A stretch of 32,000 bases of DNA from Candidatus Iainarchaeum sp. (GCA_030688545.1 JAUYHT010000002.1:30001-62000); one strand, 5' to 3'; counted from the first letter of the stretch, positions 1-10,756 are shown. Numbers and translations are program-made. The notes: generated by a model not told the origin, from the sequence alone.

Positions 1-1441
1 TGTTCCGACGGAAACGAGGGGGAAAAATAGTCATCTGTTCGACGTGGCGCTTAGTGGTTTCTTTCCATTGCTTCCCCGAATAGTCTATGAACCATTGGTC
101 GGGGAGGATGGCCACCTGCACCTGTTTTCCCGCCCGGGTTTCAGCCGGGCGCGAGGGTTCATAAAGTATGCCACCCATTCCCTTTTCCTGGAGAAAAGCC
201 ACCATCTTATCCTTGGCCTCCTTCACCGGGAGGCCGCTCCACGCCCCATTGAATTGATTTAGCGTCCCTTCATAAAATTCACGCTTGTACAATTCTTCGG
301 TGGCGGCCTGGATGTTTTTGGTCTTTTCGAGTGAAAGGGCTTGGTGAGAAACGAGAAAGGCGTCCATTCCATCAAATCCGGGGAGATCCACAATGGTCTT
401 CACTTCTATGTTTCCCGCGCGGGGATGGCCCTTTTGTTTTAGCTCTTGCAAGGCCACGAAATCCCAGGGGGCATGACCCGGAACGGCGAATACCATTCCG
501 GTGCCCCGGGTGCCGCTAACGAACGTGGCGGGAAGAATAGGCATTCTCATTTGGTCATCCAGGGGATGGAGGACTTCCTTCTGCAGCAATTGCGCAGAAG
601 GAACAGGGGCGATGGTTTCAACAACATGGTTTTGCAACCGCAGTTTCTCCACAGCCTCTTTGGAAATGATCCATTCTGCCCCATTCACACGGGCACGCAC
701 ATACTCCTCTTGAGGGTGCACCCATACATGGGTGGCGCCATAAATGGTTTCAGGGCGGAGGGTGGCGACGACGATGGATGTGTTTTCCCCCACGATTTTA
801 AATGGAAGCCAATAGAACTCCTGGATGCTCACCTTGTCGGTGTCCCCGTCCTTGATGTCATCTTCCCCCACCGCATTCTGGTCCAGAGGAGAATAGAGAA
901 TTGGATAATTTCCCTTCACCAACACCCCTTTCTCTTTCAGCTTTGAAAACTGCCATTGGACGAAGCGTTGGTATTCCGGGTCCATGGTGGTAAAGCGGGA
1001 GCGCCAATCGATGCTGCAGCCCAGGAGATCCAAATCCTCAGAGACTTTTGAACCGAAATAATTGGCTACCGCGAGGGGTTGGGTAAAAGATTGGACGATG
1101 GCATCAATCCGTGAGGGATCATTTTCATAGAGGCCCACATACGAATGGTACAACTCAATCGTTTTGGCATCCTTCCGGGAAATGGCATCGCTAATAGCCA
1201 AAACCGGGGTTCCCGTGACATGGAAACCCATGGGCCAAAACACTTCCTTGCCTTTCACCCTCTGGAACCGGGCGAGGGCATCCCCATTCAGGTAGGTTCG
1301 CCCATGCCCCACGTGCAGGGGCCCAGTGGGATAGGCATAGGGAACGGTGAAATAGAACTTATGCTTGTCCGTGGGAAAAGAAGGCTCGAAGACATGGGCT
1401 TCCTTCCACCTCTGGACCCAGAGGCGTTCCCGGATGGTCAT
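1..1441 (-). CDS. leuS: Leucyl-tRNA synthetase, archaeal type (N-terminal part; continues past the window start)
   Basis: The minus-strand frame is open from the ATG at 1441..1439 to the window edge. It is absent from the ORF track because there is no stop in the window. My translation: MTIRERLWVQRWKEAHVFEPSFPTDKHKFYFTVPYAYPTGPLHVGHGRTYLNGDALARFQRVKGKEVFWPMGFHVTGTPV... This shows the class I HIGH motif (HVGH) and an archaeal LeuRS-like N-terminus. The + strand ORFs 44-262, 331-519, 446-946 and 1145-1471 are antisense shadows. Confidence 0.9.
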   Translation of the reverse strand, partial: MTIRERLWVQRWKEAHVFEPSFPTDKHKFYFTVPYAYPTGPLHVGHGRTYLNGDALARFQRVKGKEVFWPMGFHVTGTPVLAISDAISRKDAKTIELYHSYVGLYENDPSRIDAIVQSFTQPLAVANYFGSKVSEDLDLLGCSIDWRSRFTTMDPEYQRFVQWQFSKLKEKGVLVKGNYPILYSPLDQNAVGEDDIKDGDTDKVSIQEFYWLPFKIVGENTSIVVATLRPETIYGATHVWVHPQEEYVRARVNGAEWIISKEAVEKLRLQNHVVETIAPVPSAQLLQKEVLHPLDDQMRMPILPATFVSGTRGTGMVFAVPGHAPWDFVALQELKQKGHPRAGNIEVKTIVDLPGFDGMDAFLVSHQALSLEKTKNIQAATEELYKREFYEGTLNQFNGAWSGLPVKEAKDKMVAFLQEKGMGGILYEPSRPAETRAGKQVQVAILPDQWFIDYSGKQWKETTKRHVEQMTIFPPRFRRN

Positions 1442-1481
1442 GTCCCAACCTGGCCCAAAAAGGCTTTTTAACTAACAAGGC

Positions 1482-1871
1482 TTATCCGAGGGTTTCCCAA
1501 CGCGTCTGGGATCGCCAACGCTGGAATATCTGGTTGACTTTAGCATGCGTGACATGCGGGCGGTGCTGACGAAACCCCCCTCCAAATGAATGGGGAATAT
1601 GCATCAATTCATGAATCAATGTCTTGATCTGCTCCTCTTCGGTTTGGCGGTCGAATCGTTCTGAAATGAGTTCAATGGCATAGAAAGGAGGTTGTTGCGT
1701 TCCCATTTGGATGATCTTGGGCATGGTATGAATGCGGGCGATGGTGCGCCTGGATTTGCTTCCTTTTGACATAAAGCACGCGATGCGATCGGGGGGGATG
1801 TGAGAAAATGCCAATTCGCTCGCCAGTTGCCGCGTGCGTTCCGTCCACTCGGGGGAAGGGATATACTTCAT
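1482..1871 (-). CDS. Putative small HExxH zinc metallopeptidase (archaeal predicted-metallopeptidase / SprT-like)
   Basis: 129-aa ORF with the motif LIHELMHIPHSFGGGF (HExxH plus a downstream His). Family assignment is from memory only. Confidence 0.55.
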   Translation of the reverse strand: MKYIPSPEWTERTRQLASELAFSHIPPDRIACFMSKGSKSRRTIARIHTMPKIIQMGTQQPPFYAIELISERFDRQTEEEQIKTLIHELMHIPHSFGGGFRQHRPHVTHAKVNQIFQRWRSQTRWETLG

Positions 1872-1903
1872 GGAATAATTGTGAGACGCACTCCCATAAA
1901 TGC

Positions 1904-2896
1904 CTATGTTCTTTTTTGGGCCGGCATAACAGCTGGGTTATGTTGGGACAAAGTTTCCTGTTCCAGGAATTTTTGCTCGAACAGCAACTCCAATAACGCC
2001 ATCCGGATAAACAATCCATTCTGGGCCTGGCGAAAATAAGTGGCGCGGGGATCGGCATCGATGGAAGGGTGGATTTCATTCACTCGGGGGAGGGGGTGCA
2101 TGATGATGGTGTGGGGAGACAAATAAACCAGGTTCCGGGCATCCAATACACAGGAGTTCCTAACCTTCTGGTATTGGGCATCATCGACAAATCGCTCCCT
2201 CTGGACACGCGTCATGTACACTACATCCAGGTCATGCGTGATGGGCGACAAATGAGGGTGCTCGGTGAATGGAATCCCGTGGGTTGACAAGAGTTGTTGA
2301 TAAACCTCTGGCAACCTAAGCTCGGGAGGCGACACGAGAATTATTTCCACTCCCTCATAGAGGATGAGTAAGTTGATTAACGAGTGCACCGTCCGTCCAT
2401 ACCGGAGATCCCCCATGAGGGCGATGCGCTTTCCTCGAACATCTCCCAATTCTTTTCGGATAGTGTACAAATCCAATAAGGCTTGGGTGGGGTGTTCCCC
2501 ACTCCCATCCCCGGCATTGATGATGGGCACCCGTGAAACCTTGGCGGCCCGGGCAGCCGACCCTTCTTCGGGGTGACGAAGCACGATGGCATCCGAATAG
2601 CCCGCGATAATCTTAATGGTGTCCTCGAGTGTTTCCCCCTTGGTCATGGAAGAAAATTGGCTCGCGCTTTCCGTGCTAATTACGCGTCCCCCCAACCGAT
2701 GCATGGCCGCCTCGAAAGAAAAACGGGTGCGGGTACTGGGTTCATAGAAAACCGTGGCGAGGATCTTCCCCTGGAGGGATTGAAAGAGCTTCTGGTCGGT
2801 ATTCCTGGATTCCATTTCGTCCGCGAGAGCAAACAGGCGTTCCAGCAATCGGGTGTCCGAAAACTGAGAAGTGGATAGGACGTGATTGACTTTCAT
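1904..2896 (-). CDS. pyrB: Aspartate carbamoyltransferase catalytic subunit
   Basis: Motifs STRTR, HPTQ and HPLPR in the canonical order. The ATG at 2896 is one codon inside the TTG listed at 2899. A TATA-like cttaaata lies about 27 nt upstream. No pyrI follows it. Confidence 0.93.
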   Translation of the reverse strand: MKVNHVLSTSQFSDTRLLERLFALADEMESRNTDQKLFQSLQGKILATVFYEPSTRTRFSFEAAMHRLGGRVISTESASQFSSMTKGETLEDTIKIIAGYSDAIVLRHPEEGSAARAAKVSRVPIINAGDGSGEHPTQALLDLYTIRKELGDVRGKRIALMGDLRYGRTVHSLINLLILYEGVEIILVSPPELRLPEVYQQLLSTHGIPFTEHPHLSPITHDLDVVYMTRVQRERFVDDAQYQKVRNSCVLDARNLVYLSPHTIIMHPLPRVNEIHPSIDADPRATYFRQAQNGLFIRMALLELLFEQKFLEQETLSQHNPAVMPAQKRT

Positions 2897-2974
2897 CAAA
2901 AAAGGGCGAACGATCTTCTAGTATTTAAGAGTGCCTTGGAAAAAAAGATAGAGGCAGAGAAATAAACCGCCACC

Positions 2975-5020
2975 TTACAACAAGAACAAAGGAGCCAGCA
3001 CCAGGCTCAATGTCCCCACGAGCTTGATGACCACGTGCAGGGAGGGGCCGGCGGTGTCCTTGGCGGGATCTCCTACTGTATCTCCGACTACGGCGGCCTT
3101 GTGGGCATCGCTTCCTTTTCCCCCATGGGGGCCGGATTCGATGTATTTCTTGGCATTGTCCCAGGCCCCCCCGGCATTGTTGAGGGTGAGGGCCAGCATA
3201 ATCCCTGTGAGGGTGGTGACTAATATGTAGGCTCCCGCGGCTTCCGCTCCCAGAATCATTCCCACTCCCAAGGTAAGCCCCACCACGAGCAGGGAGGGGA
3301 GCACCATCTCCTTCAATGCGGATTGGGTGGCGATGTCCACGGCTTTGGCATAATCGGGTTTGGTTTTACCTTGCATAATCCCTTTTATCTCACGGAATTG
3401 GCGCCGGACTTCCTGCGCAATGGCTCCGGCGGCCCGGCCAACGGCACGCATGGCAAATGAAGAGAATAGGAACACCAGCATCGCCCCCATCATTCCCCCC
3501 ACGAACACGGGGAGGGAGGCCAGATTGATGACCACTAAACCTGTTTCTACCATGTAGGCGGAGAACAATAGGAAGGCCGCCAACCCGGCTGAACCAATGG
3601 CATACCCTTTGGTCAACGCTTTGGTGGTGTTGCCCGCGGCATCCAGGCGATCCGTTATCGCCCGCACCTTTTCAGGGGCATGGGACATCTCCACGATGCC
3701 GCCCGCATTATCAGAAATAGGACCGAAATTATCCATCGCCAACACATACCCGGCCGTCAATAGCATTCCTATTGTCGCCATGGCGGTGCCGAACAACCCC
3801 CCTTGGGGAAGACTCGTGGCATCGCCCAAGGCAAAGGATACGAGAAGGGCGACACCAAGTACTACCGCGGGCAACGCCGTGGTCTCCATCCCCACCGCTA
3901 ACCCGGCGATGACATTGGTTCCCGCTCCCGTCTCGGAGGCGGCCGCGATATCCTTCACCGGTTGAGAATCGCGCTCGGTGTAGTGCATGGTGATATACAC
4001 CATCGCCAAACCCGTGAGCAACCCAATGATTCCCGCGCCGAAAAGGAGGAGGTTGTTATCCAAATACACGTAAACGGCGGCGTACAAGAGCACGGCCGCG
4101 AGAAGGGTGGTGAGCCAATAGCCCCGCTTCATAGCTTTCATGGGATTTTCCTGGTGTGAAATTCTTACGCTCATTATTCCCACCACGCTGGCCACCAAAC
4201 CTAATGCCATGGCCACCAAAGGGAATAGAATACCCGCGATCCCGAATATTGGGAACAAGGCCACCCCCAAAATCATGGCTCCAATGTTCTCGGCCGCGGT
4301 GGATTCGAACAAATCCGCGCCCCTTCCCGCGCAATCCCCCACATTATCCCCCACCAAATCCGCGATGACCGCGGGGTTGCGAGGATCGTCCTCGGGGATC
4401 CCGGCCTCAAGTTTCCCCACCATGTCGGCGCCCACATCCGCCGCTTTAGTATATATTCCTCCTCCCAACTGAGCGAACAAAGCAATGAGACTCGCTCCGA
4501 AACCAAAGCCCACGATCTTCAATGGGGCTTCCATAGGATCATCTCCCGAAAACACGAAGAAGAGAATAGAGATACCCAATAATGACAGCGCGAGAATAAC
4601 CAATCCGGATACTGCCCCTCCGCGGAACGCGGCGAGGAACGCCTCATTCAATCCCTCATTAGCAGCCGTGGCCGTGCGCAGATTGGCTTTCACCGCGACG
4701 CGCATACTGACATAGCCCGCGAGTCCCGAGGAGAAAGCCCCCAGGATGAAAGAAATGGTTGTTACGAAAGCCAAATTAAAATTACCCCACCAAGTATATC
4801 CAATGAGGATGACAAGAGCAATAATGATGCCAATACTCCCGATGCTGGTATATTGACGCTGAAGGAACGCATTGGCCCCTTCCTGAATAGCCAGGGCAAT
4901 CTCCTTCATGCGTGGGGTTCCTTCCTCCCCCTGCATGACGCGGTCGAGCATCCATTTGGCCATGAGGATGGCAAGGAGGCTGATCCCCCCCACCAAGTAG
5001 AGCATGTCGATTCCTTCCAT
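2975..5020 (-). CDS. hppA: Membrane-bound proton/sodium-translocating pyrophosphatase
   Basis: Signature GDNVGDCAGRGADLFES, DVGADMVGK and a polytopic membrane profile. I start it at MEGIDMLYLVGG (ATG 5020), because the first 49 codons of the listed ORF overlap the upstream gene and look non-coding. Confidence 0.93.
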   Translation of the reverse strand: MEGIDMLYLVGGISLLAILMAKWMLDRVMQGEEGTPRMKEIALAIQEGANAFLQRQYTSIGSIGIIIALVILIGYTWWGNFNLAFVTTISFILGAFSSGLAGYVSMRVAVKANLRTATAANEGLNEAFLAAFRGGAVSGLVILALSLLGISILFFVFSGDDPMEAPLKIVGFGFGASLIALFAQLGGGIYTKAADVGADMVGKLEAGIPEDDPRNPAVIADLVGDNVGDCAGRGADLFESTAAENIGAMILGVALFPIFGIAGILFPLVAMALGLVASVVGIMSVRISHQENPMKAMKRGYWLTTLLAAVLLYAAVYVYLDNNLLLFGAGIIGLLTGLAMVYITMHYTERDSQPVKDIAAASETGAGTNVIAGLAVGMETTALPAVVLGVALLVSFALGDATSLPQGGLFGTAMATIGMLLTAGYVLAMDNFGPISDNAGGIVEMSHAPEKVRAITDRLDAAGNTTKALTKGYAIGSAGLAAFLLFSAYMVETGLVVINLASLPVFVGGMMGAMLVFLFSSFAMRAVGRAAGAIAQEVRRQFREIKGIMQGKTKPDYAKAVDIATQSALKEMVLPSLLVVGLTLGVGMILGAEAAGAYILVTTLTGIMLALTLNNAGGAWDNAKKYIESGPHGGKGSDAHKAAVVGDTVGDPAKDTAGPSLHVVIKLVGTLSLVLAPLFLL

Positions 5021-5105
5021 TCCAATTCCCCTCCACCCCTCCAGGGGGGTGTGATGGGGGAACCCAACACGGAACCATTTAAAAAGGTGCGAGCGAACCC
5101 CGTGA

Positions 5106-6065
5106 TCAGGATACCCCAAACCCATTTCCAGATGACAGAGCCAATTGCACCGCCACGAAAACCACATACAGACCGATTAATGCATACCCTTCTCTCTGGG
5201 TCAATTTTCCCCCGCTATCCATGAGTGTCGTCACCAAAAGGGCGGCGAACACCATAAAGAGAGTGGCAATCCCTACCGCTCCCACATCGACGGCCACCGG
5301 GGAAATAAGCGCCAACACCCCCAAGGCAAACGTCGAATCAATCATCACATTTCCCATGATGTCTCCCACCGCAATGGCTTTATGGCGGGACAGCACCGCT
5401 TTAACAGAAAGGGTGAGTTCGGGCAATGCCGCTCCAATGGAAATGAGGAACAACCCCGCGAAAAGCGCCGGGATGTTCAATCCATCCGCTACATTCACTG
5501 CCGACTCCACCACAAAATGGGCGCTCCCAAACATCACCAGCATGGCCGCCCCAAAAAAAAGGAGGGGCTTCATGAGCAAGTGGCGCCGGACGGGCCTCTT
5601 TTTATCCTGCATCGCGTGCTGGGAAAAGATACGGATGAAATAAATGAGCGCCGCGATAACGAGTAACAACCCATCTAACCTATTGAGATTGCCATCGAGC
5701 ATGAGTCCTAATGGTAACCCTACCATGATGAGGAAAGGCAATGCCCCCGAACGCTCAGATCTGGAAACAGGAATATCTTTTCCCAGGATGGCAATAATAC
5801 CAAAAACCAAAGTGAGGTCCACGATGTTGTTTCCGATGAGCGTGCCCACCCCCACGATGGGAACCCCTTCCAGGGCTGAATTTACTCCCACGAAGAACTC
5901 GGGGAGCATGGAAATGAATCCCCCCAGGACGAAAGCAGTGATGAATTCGGAGATATAGAACACCCGCGCCAGATTGGTCACTTCTTTCACGGCCATGGAT
6001 GCCGTCTTTACCAGAACGATACTCGAAAGAAGGAAAACGGCTCCCTGCACGTAAAGGTCTTCCAT
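5106..6065 (-). CDS. Ca2+/cation antiporter (CaCA, YrbG-like sodium/calcium exchanger family)
   Basis: Two alpha-repeat-like segments (GNNIVDLTLVFG, GDIMGNVMIDSTFALG) in a protein with about 10 TM helices. The start is set at MEDLYVQGAV (6065). The longer listed ORF would overlap the divergent gene at 6117. Confidence 0.8.
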   Translation of the reverse strand: MEDLYVQGAVFLLSSIVLVKTASMAVKEVTNLARVFYISEFITAFVLGGFISMLPEFFVGVNSALEGVPIVGVGTLIGNNIVDLTLVFGIIAILGKDIPVSRSERSGALPFLIMVGLPLGLMLDGNLNRLDGLLLVIAALIYFIRIFSQHAMQDKKRPVRRHLLMKPLLFFGAAMLVMFGSAHFVVESAVNVADGLNIPALFAGLFLISIGAALPELTLSVKAVLSRHKAIAVGDIMGNVMIDSTFALGVLALISPVAVDVGAVGIATLFMVFAALLVTTLMDSGGKLTQREGYALIGLYVVFVAVQLALSSGNGFGVS

Positions 6066-6116
6066 CTCATCCCGCAGCCGATTTGCTCTTATAAGGATTC
6101 TCCACCCCACCTCACT

Positions 6117-7304
6117 ATGGAAGACCCCTTTTCGATCTGTCCGCATGCCACAGTATGTAATGGATGTCCCGACATGAACACCCCTTACGAGGAACAAATT
6201 GGGCGCAAGAAAGACAGGGTGGTGGAGGTATTGAAGCCCTTCACGGATTATGTGGAAATGGTTCCGGCCCACGCCCTATCTTTCTACCGCAACCGCGCCG
6301 ACTTTTGGTTTTCACCCACTCGACAATTGGGGTACCGTTCCAAGGAAAATCCCTACTCCGGTATTCCCGTTCCCGAATGTCAACTTGTGTCCCCCCGCGC
6401 CCAAAATCTTTATCAAACCCTCGAAAAGCGGTTCCATTCCAACACATGGCCACCCTACTCGGTGCTCGAACACCAAGGGTTTCTCCGCTATGCCACGGTG
6501 CGCGAATCCAAGACCTCTGGAAAATTGCTTCTGATCCTCAATACATTCACCCGCACTCCAGAGGATGAAGAACGAATAACGGGTTTGGCCCAGGAGTTAT
6601 TGTCTGAACGTTTAGCCGATGGCATCATATGGATGCATAATCCTCATTTCAATGATGCTGTTCAGGGAGACACGATAAAAACATGGGGGGAGAAAGAATT
6701 AGTGGAAGACATGTCAGGAATCCCTTTTCACTATAATTCCTCCTGCTTCTTCCAGACGAACCCCCGCATGGCCGAAAAGGTGCAAGAGCATGTGGTTCAA
6801 TGTATCCAAGAAATACAGCCCGCCCCCCGCGTACTGGACCTGTATTGCGGAGTGGGGTTGTTCGCCATCCCATTGATCCAAAAAGGGTTTTGGGTGAAAG
6901 GGATTGAAATGAACACCGAATCAATTGGATATGCCCGTCAAAATGCCCAAAAATTAGATTTGAATGGAAATTCCTATTCATTTGAAATCGGGGACGTGCC
7001 TAAAATTTTACAAGAAATGGAAAAAACGGATGAGCAATATGACACCATCATTTTTGATCCTCCCCGATCCGGACTTTCCAAAAAGATCTGGCGGCGCGCC
7101 CTGCGATTGAAACCCACGCAACTCCTATACGTGGCCTGCCGTCTTTCTTCCCTAGAGCGCGATCTGGAATGGCTGGGGGAGTATGCGGTGTTTGACATTA
7201 CATCGGCGCGGGCATTCGACCTGTTTCCCCACACCCCTCACGTGGAAACGGTGGTGGATATCCGCGTGAATGCCACTAAGGATTATCCCAAGGGTGGATT
7301 CTGA
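6117..7304 (+). CDS. RNA (uracil-5)-methyltransferase, RumA/RlmD/TrmA family, with an N-terminal Cys cluster
   Basis: Motifs FFQTN, VLDLYCGVGLF (SAM motif I), DPPRSG, YVAC (nucleophile Cys region) and FPHTPHVETV. The N-terminal CPHATVCNGC plus a later Cys resembles the RumA 4Fe-4S ligand pattern. Confidence 0.85.
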   Translation: MEDPFSICPHATVCNGCPDMNTPYEEQIGRKKDRVVEVLKPFTDYVEMVPAHALSFYRNRADFWFSPTRQLGYRSKENPYSGIPVPECQLVSPRAQNLYQTLEKRFHSNTWPPYSVLEHQGFLRYATVRESKTSGKLLLILNTFTRTPEDEERITGLAQELLSERLADGIIWMHNPHFNDAVQGDTIKTWGEKELVEDMSGIPFHYNSSCFFQTNPRMAEKVQEHVVQCIQEIQPAPRVLDLYCGVGLFAIPLIQKGFWVKGIEMNTESIGYARQNAQKLDLNGNSYSFEIGDVPKILQEMEKTDEQYDTIIFDPPRSGLSKKIWRRALRLKPTQLLYVACRLSSLERDLEWLGEYAVFDITSARAFDLFPHTPHVETVVDIRVNATKDYPKGGF

Positions 7305-7505
7305 CTAAAAAATACTCCCATGATCTCCTAATTGGTATGATTATTTTACCCACCCAATGAGGAGGCCACTCATCCAGAGAAGAAGGTCCATTGTTCTGGT
7401 TCAAATTAGGAGTTTAAAACGATTGAGATGTTGAGCCGTTTGAGTAGACCAAAAATTATAATTGTGGGGTGGGGTTCACGGGCTTTTTCTGAGATGGATC
7501 GTCAA

Positions 7506-7970
7506 CTATTGCAATTCGAATCGGAAAAAAATGCGTTCGTCCTTTTCTTTCGAATTGAGGATTCCTTCAATGGTACCACTAATCAATCCGCCCGTTCTCA
7601 AACACAGCAGGATGGAGGCTATGTTCTTGTTCTGCGCATCCGCAAAAAGCTTTTCAATTTTATTTCTTTTTGCACGTTTTTTCACGAATTCGATCAGTCC
7701 TCGGCCAATCCCCATTCGACGATATTTTTCATCAACGGTCATTTGTTCCAAATACCACAATTGCGATCTTCCAAGGAATTCATTATTCCAATAAATCAAA
7801 CCGACAATTTCCTTTCCTTTTTCGCACACTGCTACTCTATTTAACGGAATGATTCTTGCGAACATCTCCTCTTGTCTTTTCTTAAATTTTTTCTCTTTAC
7901 CCACATTGACTTTTACTACTTTTTCAAGGTCCTTCATCAAGGCCATCCTTATTTTTGGTATTTGTATCAT
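7506..7970 (-). CDS. GNAT family N-acetyltransferase
   Basis: Acetyl-CoA motif A: VDEKYRRMGIGRGLIEFVKKRA. An ATG at 7970 sits 2 nt after the alaS stop; a GTG at 7976 is the alternative start. The gene is visibly more A/T-rich than its neighbours. Confidence 0.8.
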   Translation of the reverse strand: MIQIPKIRMALMKDLEKVVKVNVGKEKKFKKRQEEMFARIIPLNRVAVCEKGKEIVGLIYWNNEFLGRSQLWYLEQMTVDEKYRRMGIGRGLIEFVKKRAKRNKIEKLFADAQNKNIASILLCLRTGGLISGTIEGILNSKEKDERIFFRFELQ

Positions 7971-7972
7971 GA

Positions 7973-10669
7973 TCACACCCGCATCAGCGCCGCATCCAAT
8001 CCATCCAGGGATTGTAGCCGCGCTTGACCCATCTTTTCGCTCCCGCCCCCACTTCCTTTGGTATGGGAGAGAATGGTCTGGATGGCGTTCTTGGCATTGA
8101 AGGTGGAGGCGCTTCCACTCATGGCGATGACCATTTTTTCTGATTCCGAAACGAGGACAATTCCCAAGGTGGGATTTTGGTTGATGAGCATTTGCCCCAA
8201 TTTGAGCAACGCATCGGGTTCCAATTCCCTAATACGCTCCACGAGCTTGCTGCCTTTCACCTTGGTTTTCAATTCCGCGGACACTCCTTCCAAGTAATAG
8301 GCCTGCAACCCCTCGGCTTTCTTCCGGGCATTTTTGTATTCCTCCCTCATTTTTTGGGCAGCGGTTTCCACATCCTGCTCGGTGGTGTTCAATATTTGCA
8401 CCACGCGCCCCAATTTTTCCTCTTTGGCCTGCACCCATTCCAGGGCGGGAACACCGGTGGCAAAAGTGATGCGCTCAATCCCATCCTGAACGGATTCCAC
8501 CCGAAGGATTTTGAAGAAACCTATTTCACCCGTGTTGTCAATATGCGTTCCCCCGCAGGCCTGGATGTCAATTCCCTCAATTTCCACCAACCTAAGCTCC
8601 TTACCTGGGACAAAACCTCCCTGGTAGATGCGAAATCCATATTGTTGTTCCGCTTGAGTACGGGAGAGCACGAACTTTTTCACGGGAATCATGGCCTGAA
8701 CATGGGTGGTGACTAATCGTTCTATTTCATTGATTTCCTCATACGTAATTTTCTTGTAATGCGTCACATCCAAGTGGGCTTTATTCCCTTCCTTGGAGGC
8801 CCCAGCTTGCCAGATGTGGGGGCCTAACACCTTCCGGCACATCGCATTAAGCAAATGGGTGGCGGTGTGGTTGTGCATGAGGTTGGCTCTCCTTTCCCGG
8901 GAAATGATACCTTTCACTTTTTTTCCGGGGGAAAAGGAAGCAGGGTTTTCTATTTCATGGAGAATGCGGTTCTGCACCTTCTGCACGGCTTTTACTCCCA
9001 CTCCCTCCAATGTTCCCGTGTCGAAGGCCTGGCCGCCTCCTTCGGGATAGAAAAGGGTTTGGTCGAGAATAATCTGGTTGCCGACTATTCCTAAAATAGT
9101 GGCTTCGAATTGGTCCTCGTACAATTTATCATAATACAATGTTTTGGTCTCGGGATACTTTTCTACTTCCAAGGCCACGGGGGATTTCTTTTCTTTCTTC
9201 TTCTCATTCTTCACCGAGAGCTGGTCATAGAAATCATAGACCTCTTCCGTTTCCACTCCCCCCTTCCGGGCGATGTCCACCGCGGTCTCATACGGGATGC
9301 CGTGGCTTTCATACAGGGTCACCATTTCTTTTTTTTCCAGGGGCTTGGCTTCCTTCTTCAACCGCTCCACGAGCACCTGCATCTTCTTCTTTCCCGTTTC
9401 CTGGAGGGCAGCGTATTTCTTCTGTTCCTCCGCAATTACCGCGAGGGTAGTTTCCAACCCCTCCCGCACACTATCATCAAATCCCGCGAGTTCCTTCACA
9501 TGATCTTCCACGATGCGCGCATAATCCAGGTTGAAGGCATAATCCGCATTGAAACCGAAGACGCGGCGCAGGAGGAGACGTAAATTGTACCCCCCACCCC
9601 CATTGGAGGGAAGCATGCCATCGGTGGAGGCGTATAAAATGGTCTTCAAATGGTCGGCGATGGCGTACAACGCCTGCAACGACCCCACCTTGCGGAACAA
9701 TACCTCTTCCTCCATCCCCAATTTTTGGGCGATGACCTGGCGTTTCTTCTTTACTTCCCCCCCTTCCATATCCAGCATGCCCGAAAGCTTTGAATATTCA
9801 AGGAACAATTCGTCCTCGAAATGCACCCCGGTGTTCTTCTTCATGTTCCGCAGGACATCCCCGAAAGTGGTGTCGTATGACGTAGGGGTGCCCGTGGTGT
9901 ACCAGGCCAACCGTTCCAAACCCGCCCCCATGTCAATAACTTTGGTCTTCAATTCTCTCGCCGACCCATCATCGAGGGACTCATACTGCATGAACACGCA
10001 ATTCCCCAGCTCGGCCCCATTAGCGGCATATTCGATGGAGGGACCAAATGTTCCTCCCCCAGCCCATACTTCTTCTTGAAAGGTCAAATCCTCTGGTTTG
10101 ACTCCAATAACTTGGGTCAAATACTGATAATCGTGCTCCAGGGCCTCGTTTTTCCAGTAGAACAATCCAGTTTTTTCATTGTTGAATGCGTGCTGGCCAA
10201 ACATGACAAACCCCGTATGGTGGCGCCCGGTGACCCCCACGTTGGCCACATCATTGAAACGCAAACACATCTGGGGAATAATCAATGGATTCGCTGGCGG
10301 CTCCACTTCTCCTGACACGACATAGGGTTGAAAATCGATTATACTGGCATTGGTAAAATATAAATCGTCCCGCCACCGCGACACCACGGGAAAACGCTTG
10401 ATTTCCGTATGCCCATGCTTAGTGAAATAGTTTGAAATCTCTTTCCAAGTCTGCGTGTAGGAATAATTCTTGGTTTTCTGTCCAATGAAAGCATACCCCA
10501 TGCACTCCGAATCCGCACAGTGCGTGCGATCCGGGGTGAGCGTCCAGAAGAAACGGTGGCAACTGGCACAGGATTTTCGCGCATACCCTTTGGAGGTGAG
10601 GGCGTCTATCTGGTAATGCTGTTTCCAATCCCCCGAAAAACGAGTCCGTAATTCGTCTTTATCGACCAT
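7973..10669 (-). CDS. alaS: Alanyl-tRNA synthetase, archaeal type
   Basis: 898 aa. It has an archaeal N-terminal CxxC...FW region (CASCHRFFWTL), editing-domain motifs HNHTATHLL and CGGTHI, and a C-terminal DHHA1-like GSGGG tail. Confidence 0.95.
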   Translation of the reverse strand: MVDKDELRTRFSGDWKQHYQIDALTSKGYARKSCASCHRFFWTLTPDRTHCADSECMGYAFIGQKTKNYSYTQTWKEISNYFTKHGHTEIKRFPVVSRWRDDLYFTNASIIDFQPYVVSGEVEPPANPLIIPQMCLRFNDVANVGVTGRHHTGFVMFGQHAFNNEKTGLFYWKNEALEHDYQYLTQVIGVKPEDLTFQEEVWAGGGTFGPSIEYAANGAELGNCVFMQYESLDDGSARELKTKVIDMGAGLERLAWYTTGTPTSYDTTFGDVLRNMKKNTGVHFEDELFLEYSKLSGMLDMEGGEVKKKRQVIAQKLGMEEEVLFRKVGSLQALYAIADHLKTILYASTDGMLPSNGGGGYNLRLLLRRVFGFNADYAFNLDYARIVEDHVKELAGFDDSVREGLETTLAVIAEEQKKYAALQETGKKKMQVLVERLKKEAKPLEKKEMVTLYESHGIPYETAVDIARKGGVETEEVYDFYDQLSVKNEKKKEKKSPVALEVEKYPETKTLYYDKLYEDQFEATILGIVGNQIILDQTLFYPEGGGQAFDTGTLEGVGVKAVQKVQNRILHEIENPASFSPGKKVKGIISRERRANLMHNHTATHLLNAMCRKVLGPHIWQAGASKEGNKAHLDVTHYKKITYEEINEIERLVTTHVQAMIPVKKFVLSRTQAEQQYGFRIYQGGFVPGKELRLVEIEGIDIQACGGTHIDNTGEIGFFKILRVESVQDGIERITFATGVPALEWVQAKEEKLGRVVQILNTTEQDVETAAQKMREEYKNARKKAEGLQAYYLEGVSAELKTKVKGSKLVERIRELEPDALLKLGQMLINQNPTLGIVLVSESEKMVIAMSGSASTFNAKNAIQTILSHTKGSGGGSEKMGQARLQSLDGLDAALMRV

Positions 10670-10756
10670 GCACGAATCAATCTCATCAAGGATTAAAAAG
10701 GAGGCCCGGTTCCACCCCTCTATCCGACCTGCTAAAGGTCAAAGGAGGATCAAAAC

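Noticed and set aside
44-1471. Plus-strand ORFs 44-262, 331-519, 446-946, 501-713 and 1145-1471
   Set aside because: They are antisense to the clearly coding leuS frame, which the ORF track omits because it has no stop in the window. Their compositions are typical of shadow frames.
1904-2896. pyrB without an adjacent pyrI regulatory-chain gene
   Set aside because: It is noted, but pyrI may be encoded elsewhere and the window cannot decide. I do not count it as a finding.
5021-5167. N-terminal 49-codon extension of the pyrophosphatase ORF, and similarly 6066-6272 for the CaCA ORF
   Set aside because: The extensions overlap neighbouring genes, are Trp/His/Arg-rich, and precede a well-placed internal Met that begins the first TM helix.
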